Shown here: positions 19,833-29,274 of the stretch, one piece after another | Layout of the letters: each line of letters opens with the position of its first letter | How positions within the stretch are numbered: the first letter of the stretch is position 1 | Virus record (IMG/VR): IMGVR_UViG_3300033142_000925 | Span: 16,784 to 80,783 of that record | Source: a virus | Direction: 5' to 3' (one strand) | DNA: 64,000 bases | Program-made: the position numbers and the translations under genes | The notes under the pieces: model-generated | Database searches by the model: none | Told to the model about the DNA's origin: nothing | Seen by the model: the letters and a program-made list of their open reading frames with translations, nothing else

Positions 19833-20209
19833 TCTGCTCTCACCTTTGTCTGTCCTGCGTCCGTGATCTTGACCGTTGTGGATATGACACAAGCACCTCC
19901 ACCGTCCAGAACACCCGGTACGTTTAATGTTCCCGTCTCGTCGTCAACCCGAAGGGGTTCAACTCCATCCACCCTGTTTTTCACAGCGGACGCCGGAACA
20001 TTCGTCGGGAAGGGCGCAACTGAAGTACACAGCCCCGGCGTATCTCGCAATCCCGTAGGGATCGTAACAGACAGATTATCTTTATACACTCCGTTAGCTT
20101 CAGCTTTCACCTTCGTTGACGGGGTGCCCAGTACAGTTACAGACCCGGAAATACCGGCTCCCGTAATCCCTATTGTCATTCCCTGAACAGCAACTTCCTT
20201 CAGTGCCAT
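19829..20209 (-). CDS. PAAR-like spike tip protein
   Basis: TKVKAE..GVY, V.VDG...LRVDD, ITDAGQTKVRAE; follows spike gene. Confidence 0.65.
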   Translation of the reverse strand: MALKEVAVQGMTIGITGAGISGSVTVLGTPSTKVKAEANGVYKDNLSVTIPTGLRDTPGLCTSVAPFPTNVPASAVKNRVDGVEPLRVDDETGTLNVPGVLDGGGACVISTTVKITDAGQTKVRAE

Positions 20210-20808
20210 TACTGGTCCACCTCCAAGTTCCCGTTTATCGTTACTGTTGAAGCACTCGATACAATCGTATTACCGTTTGAATCAGTAAGCTCAAAAGTCC
20301 CGGCTGCCACGTCCAACTTGAAAAACGTACCGTCCGGGGTCTCTATAGTTATTGTACCATCTTCTTCGATCAGAACCGAAGTACCTGATTTCAAGATGAT
20401 TTTATCTTCGAGAGGCTTGTCCGCTTCAAGCATCGTGGTCGCTGTGGTCTTGCTGCCGGAGTTCACCGGAGGCTTGCTAAACTCGTTAGCCAGATACGGA
20501 AAGATGGTACCAACTATCACTTTGTGCCGGGTACCGTAAGAAGCGTACATAACTACTACGAAATCCTCGATAGCGGGCAAACTAACGGTACCATAAGGCG
20601 CTCCGGCAATCGTTCCAGCCTGAGACATTACCGGTATATTCTGAAGCACTTGACCATCATGCGTCTTCAAATCACAGGTCACCCGCTGGGAATACACCTC
20701 GATCACCTGAGCGATGAATGCAGACCGCCCATGAGGGGCCATCGTGGTTCGGTTAGGGAATTGCACGGCACTCTGTTCTACCTGTACATCCCGCTTCTGC
20801 TTTCTCAT
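20209..20808 (-). CDS. Baseplate central spike (gpV/gp5 OB-fold)
   Basis: OB-fold with LPAIEDFVVV, then beta-strand repeats ending INGNLEV. Confidence 0.75.
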   Translation of the reverse strand: MRKQKRDVQVEQSAVQFPNRTTMAPHGRSAFIAQVIEVYSQRVTCDLKTHDGQVLQNIPVMSQAGTIAGAPYGTVSLPAIEDFVVVMYASYGTRHKVIVGTIFPYLANEFSKPPVNSGSKTTATTMLEADKPLEDKIILKSGTSVLIEEDGTITIETPDGTFFKLDVAAGTFELTDSNGNTIVSSASTVTINGNLEVDQ

Positions 20809-22208
20809 GACATCGCGTTCCTTCTGAAGATTTTATCCTTCAGTTCGATAGGCTTAGTTCTATTAAAGCCACGGGTTACAGTAAGGTTGCTCTTCAGGGC
20901 CCCTTGATACTGCCACGTATGCGCAACGCCCTCCACATAGAAGAATCCCTCAATTCCGTACACTTCGATCTTGTCACCAATCTTCGGATCGTCGTCGGAG
21001 TTTGAGGGTACCATGTGAGTAATCGCGCCTGACAGGTAATTCTCATTATCCGTAAACCAATTCAACAGAGTTATGGCCGCTTCCTTGCTGACCGTCTCCG
21101 CCGCCCCTTGCGTGATCTCCCGATCTTCCCCCACAATTTCCTCTATGCGGGTGTAGAACAGTTCTGTGATCAACGGCTTGAACAGGTACTTCCCTACAAG
21201 CGGCTTATCAACCTCGGCCTGTCCCAGCAGGAGACGAGCAAGATCGGAAAGCTCGAAGGCCGGTTGCTTCACAGAGTAAAACGTATAAACCTCATCCATG
21301 CTCTTGGCCAGATCAAACTGAAGTAGATGGTTCTGATCAATCCGCTTTGCCGGGAGACTGTCGAATGCGTTCCCTACAACTCCGTTGGTTTTGGTACCAT
21401 TAAACGGTGTTTCTCTGAATACCAGACACGCTTTCTCCGGGAGTGTCACTTCCTTATTATCGATGGTCACTTTCCTCGGCCCGTTGTCGATCCAGAACTC
21501 ATTGAACGGTTTCTGAACCAACTGCTCAGCCAACTGCCAGAAGGTGAGGGTCTGCTCTGTACCGTTGAAAAGTTCAAACGTTCTCGGGATCGCCGGAGCG
21601 AGGCTGCTGGTCAGTCCTGACCCTACATCGAGATAAGCATCGAGATAGGTAATGAACTTGGTCGCATCGATAGCCGTCAAGTAGTCTATGAATGCTTCAA
21701 TCAGGACCCTTACCATCTCAGCAAAAGACACCCCGTCAATCGAAGCGTCAAGGATGGCTTTACTCAGGGCCGCAGCCGCGTCAATCAGACCGTCAGATTC
21801 GAGGCCCAGTGCGGTGCCCAGTCCAAGGCCGACATTTGCGGTTACGAGTAAGCCGCCGAATTGCTGGCATGTGAGTGTCGCGGTTCTGGTAGGCTTTCCA
21901 TCGGACGGGTTGATCGATCCTGAATATGACACCCTTGTGATATACCCCAGAAACTTGAGCGTTCCGAACTCGTAGATTCGAATCACATCCATAAGGTTGA
22001 GAACATCCAGAATATGAGTATCCGCGCTCTGAGGAAGCACGGCTAACTGACAGGACCCTTGCGGATTCTTAATGGTTTTCTGAAACCGGTAATTCATAAT
22101 GTCCGGCGTAACGTCGAGGGTATCTTTCTTGTTCCCGGCAGGCCACTCCCACCGGTCAATCTCTACCCTTATGGACATTCGTCGTATTGTATCAATAACA
22201 GCGGCCAT
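20805..22208 (-). CDS. Baseplate hub protein
   Basis: QKPFNEFW, FRETPF, PKIGDKI..FYVEGVAHTW..LTVTRG; after tape measure. Confidence 0.75.
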   Translation of the reverse strand: MAAVIDTIRRMSIRVEIDRWEWPAGNKKDTLDVTPDIMNYRFQKTIKNPQGSCQLAVLPQSADTHILDVLNLMDVIRIYEFGTLKFLGYITRVSYSGSINPSDGKPTRTATLTCQQFGGLLVTANVGLGLGTALGLESDGLIDAAAALSKAILDASIDGVSFAEMVRVLIEAFIDYLTAIDATKFITYLDAYLDVGSGLTSSLAPAIPRTFELFNGTEQTLTFWQLAEQLVQKPFNEFWIDNGPRKVTIDNKEVTLPEKACLVFRETPFNGTKTNGVVGNAFDSLPAKRIDQNHLLQFDLAKSMDEVYTFYSVKQPAFELSDLARLLLGQAEVDKPLVGKYLFKPLITELFYTRIEEIVGEDREITQGAAETVSKEAAITLLNWFTDNENYLSGAITHMVPSNSDDDPKIGDKIEVYGIEGFFYVEGVAHTWQYQGALKSNLTVTRGFNRTKPIELKDKIFRRNAMS

Positions 22209-24280
22209 TAGTTACCCACCGTCGGAATGACCATTTCGCCATCCGTAAATACGATACCAGCTTCACTCAATGCGGTCACAAGTTCCCGGATCGCTGTTGA
22301 AAGTTCACCCTCAGTAGTTGTCTGCCGGTTATAGAACTGCATAAGGATCGGATCGATTACATCTGTAATTTCACCTTTCTCTCTGATCTTACCCCCGATA
22401 TCAAACAATCCAAGCCCCTCAACCGCTTCCTTCTTAGCCTGTCCACGGACCGCAGAGAGAATATCATTAAACAAACTACTAAACCCTCCAACACCTCCGC
22501 CGAATGATTGAAAGTCACCCTCTTTTAATGATCGCCACGCCCCCATCCATCCGGGAGTAGCATCTGATATTTCATTGATCTGCCCCTGAAGACCTTCATT
22601 CTCCCGAAGTGACCGTATGGTCGACGCGTTGGTTGCAAAGTTAGGATTTTGAAGCCAAGGGTCAACCGCATTCATATCTTTAATAGTCAAATTGGCTTCA
22701 TCAATCTCAGCAGTAAGATTACTAACATCCTGCGCAGTTATCGTATTCACTTCTTCAATGGTCTGATTTATTTGACCTTGAGCCGCTTCCATAAGGTCCC
22801 GGCGCACTCCACCAAACTGAACATTGGTCGCATTGGTGTTGATCGGGTTTCCTGTGATCCATGCCGCCACACCCCCGAGCATTGTAGTCAATTCAAGGGC
22901 TGCATCCTGAACACCCTTGAGAGCTTCAATCTGTCTGGCTGCTGTCACTTCCCGAGCCTGATCATAATCAACAAGATTTCCATCGTCATCGTAAATCTTT
23001 CCTCTGACTCCGGCGGTAGCAACCCCTTTACCCGCTGCCGTGGAATATTCTCTACCCGATGATTGGATGAACGCATCAACCATGCTCATGCTGGTCCCGG
23101 CTCCCATATACTTCTGGACCCTCATTCTCATAAGGTCCTCATCCCCGCCCGTCGACCGCTGAAGGTACTGAAATACAGCTTCATTGGTTTCGGTAGGATT
23201 CTGTTCCATCCGCATCATAGTATCGGTCACACTCTCACCCGATTTTCTCATAGCCTGAAATGCTATGATGTCTTCCGGTGTTTGAAGCTGTGCCGCGCTC
23301 TGGGCTCTATTTGTTGCCAACTGATTCAAGGCCACTGCGCCGGTTGGTGACAGTCCGCCAAATTGGGCATATCCCGCCAATACGTTGCCTCGTTGATTCA
23401 CCTCATCCTGAGACAGCTTGATCCCGCTGGTCATCGCGCCTTCGATGGTTCTGTTCATTTCTGTGAGGAAGGTTCCGAGACTTCCCCGGCCAAACGTTCC
23501 CGCGCCCCCGGCCAAGGTCCCGTATTCCATATTGACCCCGGCCCGCTGTGTAGTACCGAGAAGCTGTCCAAGCAAGCCAGCGTCAACACCTGCCCCTGTC
23601 ATTACATCAGCAAACAGGCCAAACTGCCCCGCTGTGCCCTTCGTAAACTGGGCACCCGAAGTGCTGGCCGATGTCATGAGCGCATTTACCATACCAATAG
23701 GCACACCCGTACGTCCGAGTTCAGTCATATAATTCTGAGTGTTTTCGTACGATGCTCCAAGTCGCTGGGAGATCCCCCCACCGAAGACGTTTTCCATACG
23801 TCCATATGAACTTTCTGCGAACTTCTGTACTCCCATGGCCCCTGCTCCGAGTGCCATGAGTGCGATTCCTATAGGACCGCCGACGAGACCGCCAGCCATG
23901 TTCGCGAGGCCACCGGCTGCGGCACCTCCACGACCTGCGCCTGCGGCCTCAGCAGTAGAGAAAGCGCCACCGACCGCACCGGGCCGGATGGCGTTATTGT
24001 ATCCACTATTCGAGGATTGTCTCTGTCTGGATTGTTCCTGATAATCCCGGTTCCGGGTTTCACGTGCGGCTACATCTGCATTCGACTGACCACCCGCCAT
24101 GACTCCTGAGTTCGGAGATACAGCCTTCGAGAAGGGGTCACCTCCACCAATAGCACCGGGTGACAACCCCTTTGCGGAGGCTGCCACCTGATCATAGGCT
24201 TCTTTGAGCTTTCGTATTTCTCGTGCCGCTTGGTCTGCGCCTTGCGCCTCGACCTTAATCCGGCTGACTATATCCGGCAT
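22208..24280 (-). CDS. Tape measure protein
   Basis: Ala/Gly-rich helical 690 aa directly after tail chaperones. Confidence 0.8.
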   Translation of the reverse strand: MPDIVSRIKVEAQGADQAAREIRKLKEAYDQVAASAKGLSPGAIGGGDPFSKAVSPNSGVMAGGQSNADVAARETRNRDYQEQSRQRQSSNSGYNNAIRPGAVGGAFSTAEAAGAGRGGAAAGGLANMAGGLVGGPIGIALMALGAGAMGVQKFAESSYGRMENVFGGGISQRLGASYENTQNYMTELGRTGVPIGMVNALMTSASTSGAQFTKGTAGQFGLFADVMTGAGVDAGLLGQLLGTTQRAGVNMEYGTLAGGAGTFGRGSLGTFLTEMNRTIEGAMTSGIKLSQDEVNQRGNVLAGYAQFGGLSPTGAVALNQLATNRAQSAAQLQTPEDIIAFQAMRKSGESVTDTMMRMEQNPTETNEAVFQYLQRSTGGDEDLMRMRVQKYMGAGTSMSMVDAFIQSSGREYSTAAGKGVATAGVRGKIYDDDGNLVDYDQAREVTAARQIEALKGVQDAALELTTMLGGVAAWITGNPINTNATNVQFGGVRRDLMEAAQGQINQTIEEVNTITAQDVSNLTAEIDEANLTIKDMNAVDPWLQNPNFATNASTIRSLRENEGLQGQINEISDATPGWMGAWRSLKEGDFQSFGGGVGGFSSLFNDILSAVRGQAKKEAVEGLGLFDIGGKIREKGEITDVIDPILMQFYNRQTTTEGELSTAIRELVTALSEAGIVFTDGEMVIPTVGN

Positions 24281-24509
24281 TTGCCAACTGCTCCTTCATC
24301 CGTTCAATCTGTTCCGGCGTATACCCCGCTCTCGCGAAGTTCTTCTCCGCCGTCTCGTCGATCACCGGATCACCCGCTTTCCTGTCATGGAAGCGCTTTA
24401 TCTGTTCCGACGATGGCAGTTCAGTCCAGCCATAGAACATCAAAACCTTCTGGTTTTCAGTTAGCTTCTTGAACCTCTCATCCGTCGGCAGTATTCGAAA
24501 ATGATGCAT
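24255..24509 (-). CDS. Tail assembly chaperone, second part (probably reached by frameshift)
   Basis: Frame open upstream: LARDESLDLWIMHHFRILPTDERF..LT..Q, resembling Twort-like chaperones. Confidence 0.65.
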   Translation of the reverse strand: MHHFRILPTDERFKKLTENQKVLMFYGWTELPSSEQIKRFHDRKAGDPVIDETAEKNFARAGYTPEQIERMKEQLANAGYSQPD

Positions 24510-24519
24510 GATCCATAGG

Positions 24520-24909
24520 TCAAGACTTTCGTCCCTTGCTAAGGTCTTCCAGTCCGCCCGATTTAAGTTTTGATTGAAACTCGCCGCGAAACCGCAAATA
24601 GGATGTGTACAGTTCCCCTATGCACGCCTCATCATAACACGTCCAAGCGGATTTAAACCACTCAGGCGACTCCTCACGGATGACGAGGTTATCCGCGTAG
24701 GCTGTAGCTTCGACAAGCGCGAGGTGATCCGCTGGGTAAGTATCCCGTGCAAATCCTCCGAGCTTCCTTGAGATGTCTGCTTCTATTCCTGCTTTTTCAA
24801 ACGGGCTTGGGTACTTCATTGTGAAGACCTCGCCGTTATACTCGACCGTGAACTTCAGATCATCTTCATGAATAATCTGTTGTCCGATTCTGATATCTTT
24901 CTTCGCCAT
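24520..24909 (-). CDS. Tail assembly chaperone
   Basis: Between tube and tape measure; PEWF..LYTSYLRFR; ATG 24909 with GAGGAG. Confidence 0.75.
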   Translation of the reverse strand: MAKKDIRIGQQIIHEDDLKFTVEYNGEVFTMKYPSPFEKAGIEADISRKLGGFARDTYPADHLALVEATAYADNLVIREESPEWFKSAWTCYDEACIGELYTSYLRFRGEFQSKLKSGGLEDLSKGRKS

Positions 24910-24978
24910 TGTGTCTCCTCTTCTCAAAAGGAATACCCAGTGGGGCTGGACGTAACCCCACCGAGTTTAAAACGATGG

Positions 24979-25326
24979 TTAGATCGTTCGCTCTACACTC
25001 ATCATCCGCAGATTCGCGGTTATGTAACTGTTGGGCGTGATCTGAACCCCATTACTCGCAATCATAACCTTTCGGAACTGATTTACGAGTTGACCGGTTG
25101 CGGTGTTCAGGAATTGCAGTGTATCGAACTCACCCGGTTTCCCGTCATTCGACTGCACCTGACTCCGTGTCGGTATAAACTCAGCCAAGGCGACCGCGCC
25201 GCCATCTGGCCATGGACCCTCGCCCGGTCTCTCCGGGAGAAAGGTTGATAGTGTAACAGTACACGAGTATCCCTGCGAATCATAGTCAACAGGACCATGA
25301 TAGTTCAGGACGTTGGCTGGATTAAC
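24979..25326 (-). CDS. Tail tube protein, exon 2
   Basis: VNPANVLNYHGPVDYDSQGYSCTVTL... continues exon 1 in frame after splicing (149 aa total). Confidence 0.85.
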   Translation of the reverse strand, partial: VNPANVLNYHGPVDYDSQGYSCTVTLSTFLPERPGEGPWPDGGAVALAEFIPTRSQVQSNDGKPGEFDTLQFLNTATGQLVNQFRKVMIASNGVQITPNSYITANLRMMSVERTI

Positions 25327-25584
25327 CAATTTTGTTATCCTAAAGGCTTTTTATCCCTTAGTTCTACACCTTCATTTCAGTGTAGTTCAGCATATCTTTT
25401 CAACTCAATGAGTTGGTGCGGCCTCGTGGAAGGATTATATTCTGCCTTAGCAGGTTCACCTTCTATGCGTTGCCCCTGACCAGCCGTTTAAAGCATAGCC
25501 TTCGGTTCGGATTCCCATCTCAGGGTTCCCGCTTCATTCCGCACTTTCTTACCCCTATATCGCTACAGGGGAGGCCGTCAATCC
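25327..25584 (-). ncRNA. Group I self-splicing intron (258 nt, no homing endonuclease)
   Basis: Exon 1 ends in U, intron ends in G; P1 GGGCU/GGCCU with U.G; P10 GGAUUGAC/GUUAAUCC; P2, P3 GUGCGG/CCGCAC, P7 GCAUA/UAUGC, P8, P9 visible. Confidence 0.9.
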
Positions 25585-25686
25585 AGCCCAATCCTCGTCG
25601 TAGGAAGCCCCGGTCGCGAGACCTACAGGCTGTCCGTTAATAAGAACTTGTACCCATGCACCACCAGCAAGTATTTTCTGCGCCAT
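25585..25686 (-). CDS. Tail tube protein, exon 1 (absent from ORF track)
   Basis: AGGAGG + ATG 25686: MAQKILAGGAWVQVLINGQPVGLATGASYDEDWA; immediately after sheath. Confidence 0.85.
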
Positions 25687-25695
25687 GCGATCCTC

Positions 25696-27426
25696 CTATA
25701 CGCTCGCCACGAGTTCGTGGAAGTGGTTCGTTATGAAATTGAAATTGACTGGCAGTGTCACGTACGCATCGTAATCGATGAATACCTGATCAGCGTTCAA
25801 TGTGATCTGTACACCCCACCATGAGAGCCCGTCAGCCGGGTTCTTGATGAAGATGCCAAGGTCCTGATAGATTGCCAGTCTCGCTTCTACCGCCCCTTTC
25901 AAAACACCGCCCGTGACTGCCGTTCCCGGCTGCCCAACAAACTGCAATTCCAGTGATTCTCTCAGGTCCCGTGATGCAAAGAACATCTCGGTTACTACTG
26001 AGAACTCATTCCACTTCAGATCGTTTGTCTGGTAAGTGTTAAACTGTCGCACCAGTCGAGGCCGACCAGTCGGTGCGTAGTTGATCGCGGCAACACCTTC
26101 CTGTAACAGAGCTTCAAGGTTGCTGTCAGTTAGCTTGTATTCAAGCTCTATGAAGTCCAATTCCTTGAAGGTGAGAGGTTGGTTGATTGCCAAGGTACAT
26201 TTCATACCCATCAGCATACAGGCCGCATACGACCCGGAATAATTCTGGATTACTCCATTCACATCCCTTCGAGTACCACCATTGAAGGCGTATAACCCGG
26301 CCTTGCTGTTAAGCGTCTGTGCTGCCGTAACCGCCGCTGCGATATCGGTTGCCAAGACTCCCGTCTTCCACGGAGCCCCTACAAGGAACTGCCGTTCTTT
26401 CCGTCCGGTCACTGCGCTCATTGCCTCACAATGGGTTTTGATAGGCGCGTGTACCGCCGCCAGCGGGTCAGGTGTCGAGATGAACTGCACATTCTCCGCT
26501 TCCATCTGCAACAAGGCCGCTGTCCACTGGGTCGTATCATAGTCACCCTCAACCGCTCCAACAAGGAACTCTGCGACACTGTTGTCCACGATTTCTACAT
26601 TGGTTGCGAGGTTTCCCGCCGCCGCTGATACTCTCGCAGACTGCGCGTTGATAACATCAAGCATCGCGTACATTGAAGATTCTGCTTCAACGGCTGCGGC
26701 GTTGATGTCCGCTGCGGTTACTCCGTCCAGTTCCAGTGGGCTATCATTCTCACTGCCCGCAATCGCAAAACAGGTATAGCCAGTCTGGGCGTTGATGTAC
26801 GTCGCCAATTCGCCGATAGTGCCATAATCATTCAAGTCGATACTCAGTGGATTCGTGACATCTGTATCGAGTGTTTGTGCTGCACTGGTATTCACGATGG
26901 TCATACTGGACGCGCCGCCCGTATTCTCAATCGAAAAACTCTTCTTCCAGATGTTGTCAAACTCCTCAACCGGATCGCTCTGAAACTCTATGGTGACTTT
27001 TTTACCGAACGTGTCGGTACTGGTCGCCACAGTCACTTTAATCTGATTCGTATAGAGACCGTAATCCCTACTGGCCAGATTGATCTTTGTGACTGCCGAC
27101 GCAACCAAGGCGAGCGCTGCCTGTGTTGCGGCGTTTACACGCATCGCGAAGATGCGCTGGGGGCTTAGTCCTCCCCCCGGACTGAATGCAAGTCGAACAG
27201 CCTCCATCAAAGGTCCGCCACGAAGAGCGTCCACTGCTTCGGCGATGGTATTGAACTGTAGAAGGGTAGCGGGCTGACCCCCCGTACATTGGCCCATAAC
27301 CACGCCATTGTTAGCAGAGGCAAGCCCCGCAGCACCTTTCACCGAGTCGATACGTGAGTATGCTCCCGGTATGATGTGCGAACTGATCTGACCAGCACTT
27401 TGGAATGTGCGATAATTCAGACTCAT
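25696..27426 (-). CDS. Tail sheath protein
   Basis: HIIPGAYSRID, GGQP, LRGGPL, SRDYG..TNQI, C-terminal sheath domain. Confidence 0.93.
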   Translation of the reverse strand: MSLNYRTFQSAGQISSHIIPGAYSRIDSVKGAAGLASANNGVVMGQCTGGQPATLLQFNTIAEAVDALRGGPLMEAVRLAFSPGGGLSPQRIFAMRVNAATQAALALVASAVTKINLASRDYGLYTNQIKVTVATSTDTFGKKVTIEFQSDPVEEFDNIWKKSFSIENTGGASSMTIVNTSAAQTLDTDVTNPLSIDLNDYGTIGELATYINAQTGYTCFAIAGSENDSPLELDGVTAADINAAAVEAESSMYAMLDVINAQSARVSAAAGNLATNVEIVDNSVAEFLVGAVEGDYDTTQWTAALLQMEAENVQFISTPDPLAAVHAPIKTHCEAMSAVTGRKERQFLVGAPWKTGVLATDIAAAVTAAQTLNSKAGLYAFNGGTRRDVNGVIQNYSGSYAACMLMGMKCTLAINQPLTFKELDFIELEYKLTDSNLEALLQEGVAAINYAPTGRPRLVRQFNTYQTNDLKWNEFSVVTEMFFASRDLRESLELQFVGQPGTAVTGGVLKGAVEARLAIYQDLGIFIKNPADGLSWWGVQITLNADQVFIDYDAYVTLPVNFNFITNHFHELVASV

Positions 27427-27611
27427 TTGTTACCCTCCAATACTGATTTTAAGGTTTTTGCCCACTCAGCTTTTGTTTTTAGTATACCACGATACTGCCC
27501 TTCAACATAGGCCCTCGTGTACGGATGTATATCCGGTACTTCGAGTTCTATGTACTTAAAGGCAGGGTATTTCGGTTCTTTTTTAGTTCTGGTAGAACTT
27601 GTCTTAGCCAT
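27423..27611 (-). CDS. Small conserved tail-region protein
   Basis: 62 aa, coupled to sheath start. Confidence 0.65.
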   Translation of the reverse strand: MAKTSSTRTKKEPKYPAFKYIELEVPDIHPYTRAYVEGQYRGILKTKAEWAKTLKSVLEGNK

Positions 27612-27619
27612 ATAACCCC

Positions 27620-28399
27620 CTATACAGCCCCCAACGTGAAATACGTCGGTAAGGTCTGTGTATCTATTGATGCGATACTCGTCAATGAGGTATCAAATAC
27701 CGTTGCCCGATGGTTCATAGCGAGCGTCACAGTAATATTTGATCCATATAGAAGAGTCCCAAAATCGAGGTTTATATCCCCCGAACGTCGTCCTTGTATT
27801 CCTGACAGGTCATACCCATCCACATTGTGTAGATCAATTCTCTTCTGAGTTACAAAGTGGGCAACCATATCAAACAGAAAACTCGTTACCTCTTTGCTCT
27901 CACTCCACACATTGAAATCGATGCTATGACTCGTATGATATTGCTTTGTTATCCCTACAATCGACCCGGTTGCTGCGACCCTTGCCAGAACCTTTGCCCA
28001 GCCTGCGTCAGAGCAGAACACTTCCTTCGCGTCCCGGTAACCGCCCATGTTTACAATATCTTCCTCACTCCAAATGGCCGCTGTGTATTCGTCGCCCATA
28101 ACCTCAACATCTTCTTGCATTGTCGAGTCGACCACGGTCACTGCCGGAAATACGTTCGTACTCTGACTCTGCCCCAGTACCTCCTGAGACAGAAGGATCG
28201 CGAACGGGTGGACCGTACCCACTCTGATATTGTCAAAGTTGGGGAACAGTTGAGAATATCCAACCGTCTGAAGAAAGTCCCTGACCTCTCGGGCCAGCTT
28301 GATCTCTGGATTCTCAGACTCCAACAAATAGATGAATCGATCATTTGCAGCTACGGGTCTGACCTCTGCTCTGGATGTCTTGTAAATATTTCCCATCAC
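27620..28399 (-). CDS. Putative tail terminator/completion protein
   Basis: VFPAVTV, IDFNVWSE; position before sheath. Confidence 0.6.
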   Translation of the reverse strand: MMGNIYKTSRAEVRPVAANDRFIYLLESENPEIKLAREVRDFLQTVGYSQLFPNFDNIRVGTVHPFAILLSQEVLGQSQSTNVFPAVTVVDSTMQEDVEVMGDEYTAAIWSEEDIVNMGGYRDAKEVFCSDAGWAKVLARVAATGSIVGITKQYHTSHSIDFNVWSESKEVTSFLFDMVAHFVTQKRIDLHNVDGYDLSGIQGRRSGDINLDFGTLLYGSNITVTLAMNHRATVFDTSLTSIASIDTQTLPTYFTLGAV

Positions 28400-29274
28400 T
28401 TCATATCCTGTTCGAGCGCACGCTGTAGAATCTCTTCAGCATACGGTCGCATGTAATCTACTACCGCCTGACGCACGGGCCATGGCGGTTGCTCAGGTAC
28501 GATCCACGACATCGGGTCACTCCCAGCCGATACGACCCTGAAGGTAAGGTAGCTTGATGACTTCGCTTTCTGAGTCGACGCCTGCATTGCTACCATACCC
28601 GCATATCGTCCAGCCTTCTGAGTGTATTCACCCATCGTCTTGCCGCCCTTGGTTATGGTCTTTTTCTGGATTCCCCGCTTAGACTTCCTATCAAACCGAG
28701 TCCCCCATGAATAATCCCGTCCTCCCTGACTATTGTTATCCACTGTGGACCGTCCCCCGGTAGGTGACGCCCCGGCTGCTTTCTTCTGATCCGCATCCTT
28801 AACCTGTGAACTGAAACTCTTATATACAGATATCGGCATAGGGTTATTCCTGAACTGATCGCTTCCCGGAGTCCCGTGCCTGAATGCCACTATGTTATAT
28901 CGGCCTTTCTTACCTACCTTACTCTTCGGACCCTTCAACAGTCCTTCCTTCAGATCAATCAGACCGTGCCCTCTTTCCAGAAGGTCTGTGACTGACATAC
29001 CGTTCTTTGTCGTATACGATGTGAAAACTTCCCATGATGTCGGGCTGATCTGCCTCCGTTCAATAGTCCTGTGATACTGCTTTGAGTTGACCACAAACGG
29101 CAATCCGGGAAGGTGCCCACCGGCAGCTACCCTCATCCACGCTTCCTGATACATCGTACTGAGCTTTTCGACTGCCAGCATCGTAGTGCTGAGTACCAGA
29201 TTCCCTTTGCCCTTCGACATGAGTTGAACGAACTCGGGAACGATCTCTTGTGCTGTTACAGTCAGGGTCTTCAT
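28396..29274 (-). CDS. Neck/tail completion protein
   Basis: DLKEGLL, YLTFRVVS..SDPMSWIVP typical of SPO1-like neck genes. Confidence 0.6.
   Translation of the reverse strand: MKTLTVTAQEIVPEFVQLMSKGKGNLVLSTTMLAVEKLSTMYQEAWMRVAAGGHLPGLPFVVNSKQYHRTIERRQISPTSWEVFTSYTTKNGMSVTDLLERGHGLIDLKEGLLKGPKSKVGKKGRYNIVAFRHGTPGSDQFRNNPMPISVYKSFSSQVKDADQKKAAGASPTGGRSTVDNNSQGGRDYSWGTRFDRKSKRGIQKKTITKGGKTMGEYTQKAGRYAGMVAMQASTQKAKSSSYLTFRVVSAGSDPMSWIVPEQPPWPVRQAVVDYMRPYAEEILQRALEQDMK

Noticed and set aside
24979-25329. 116-aa ORF as a complete gene, or a tube pseudogene
   Set aside because: Its TTG start is the intron 3' end; splicing restores a full tube protein
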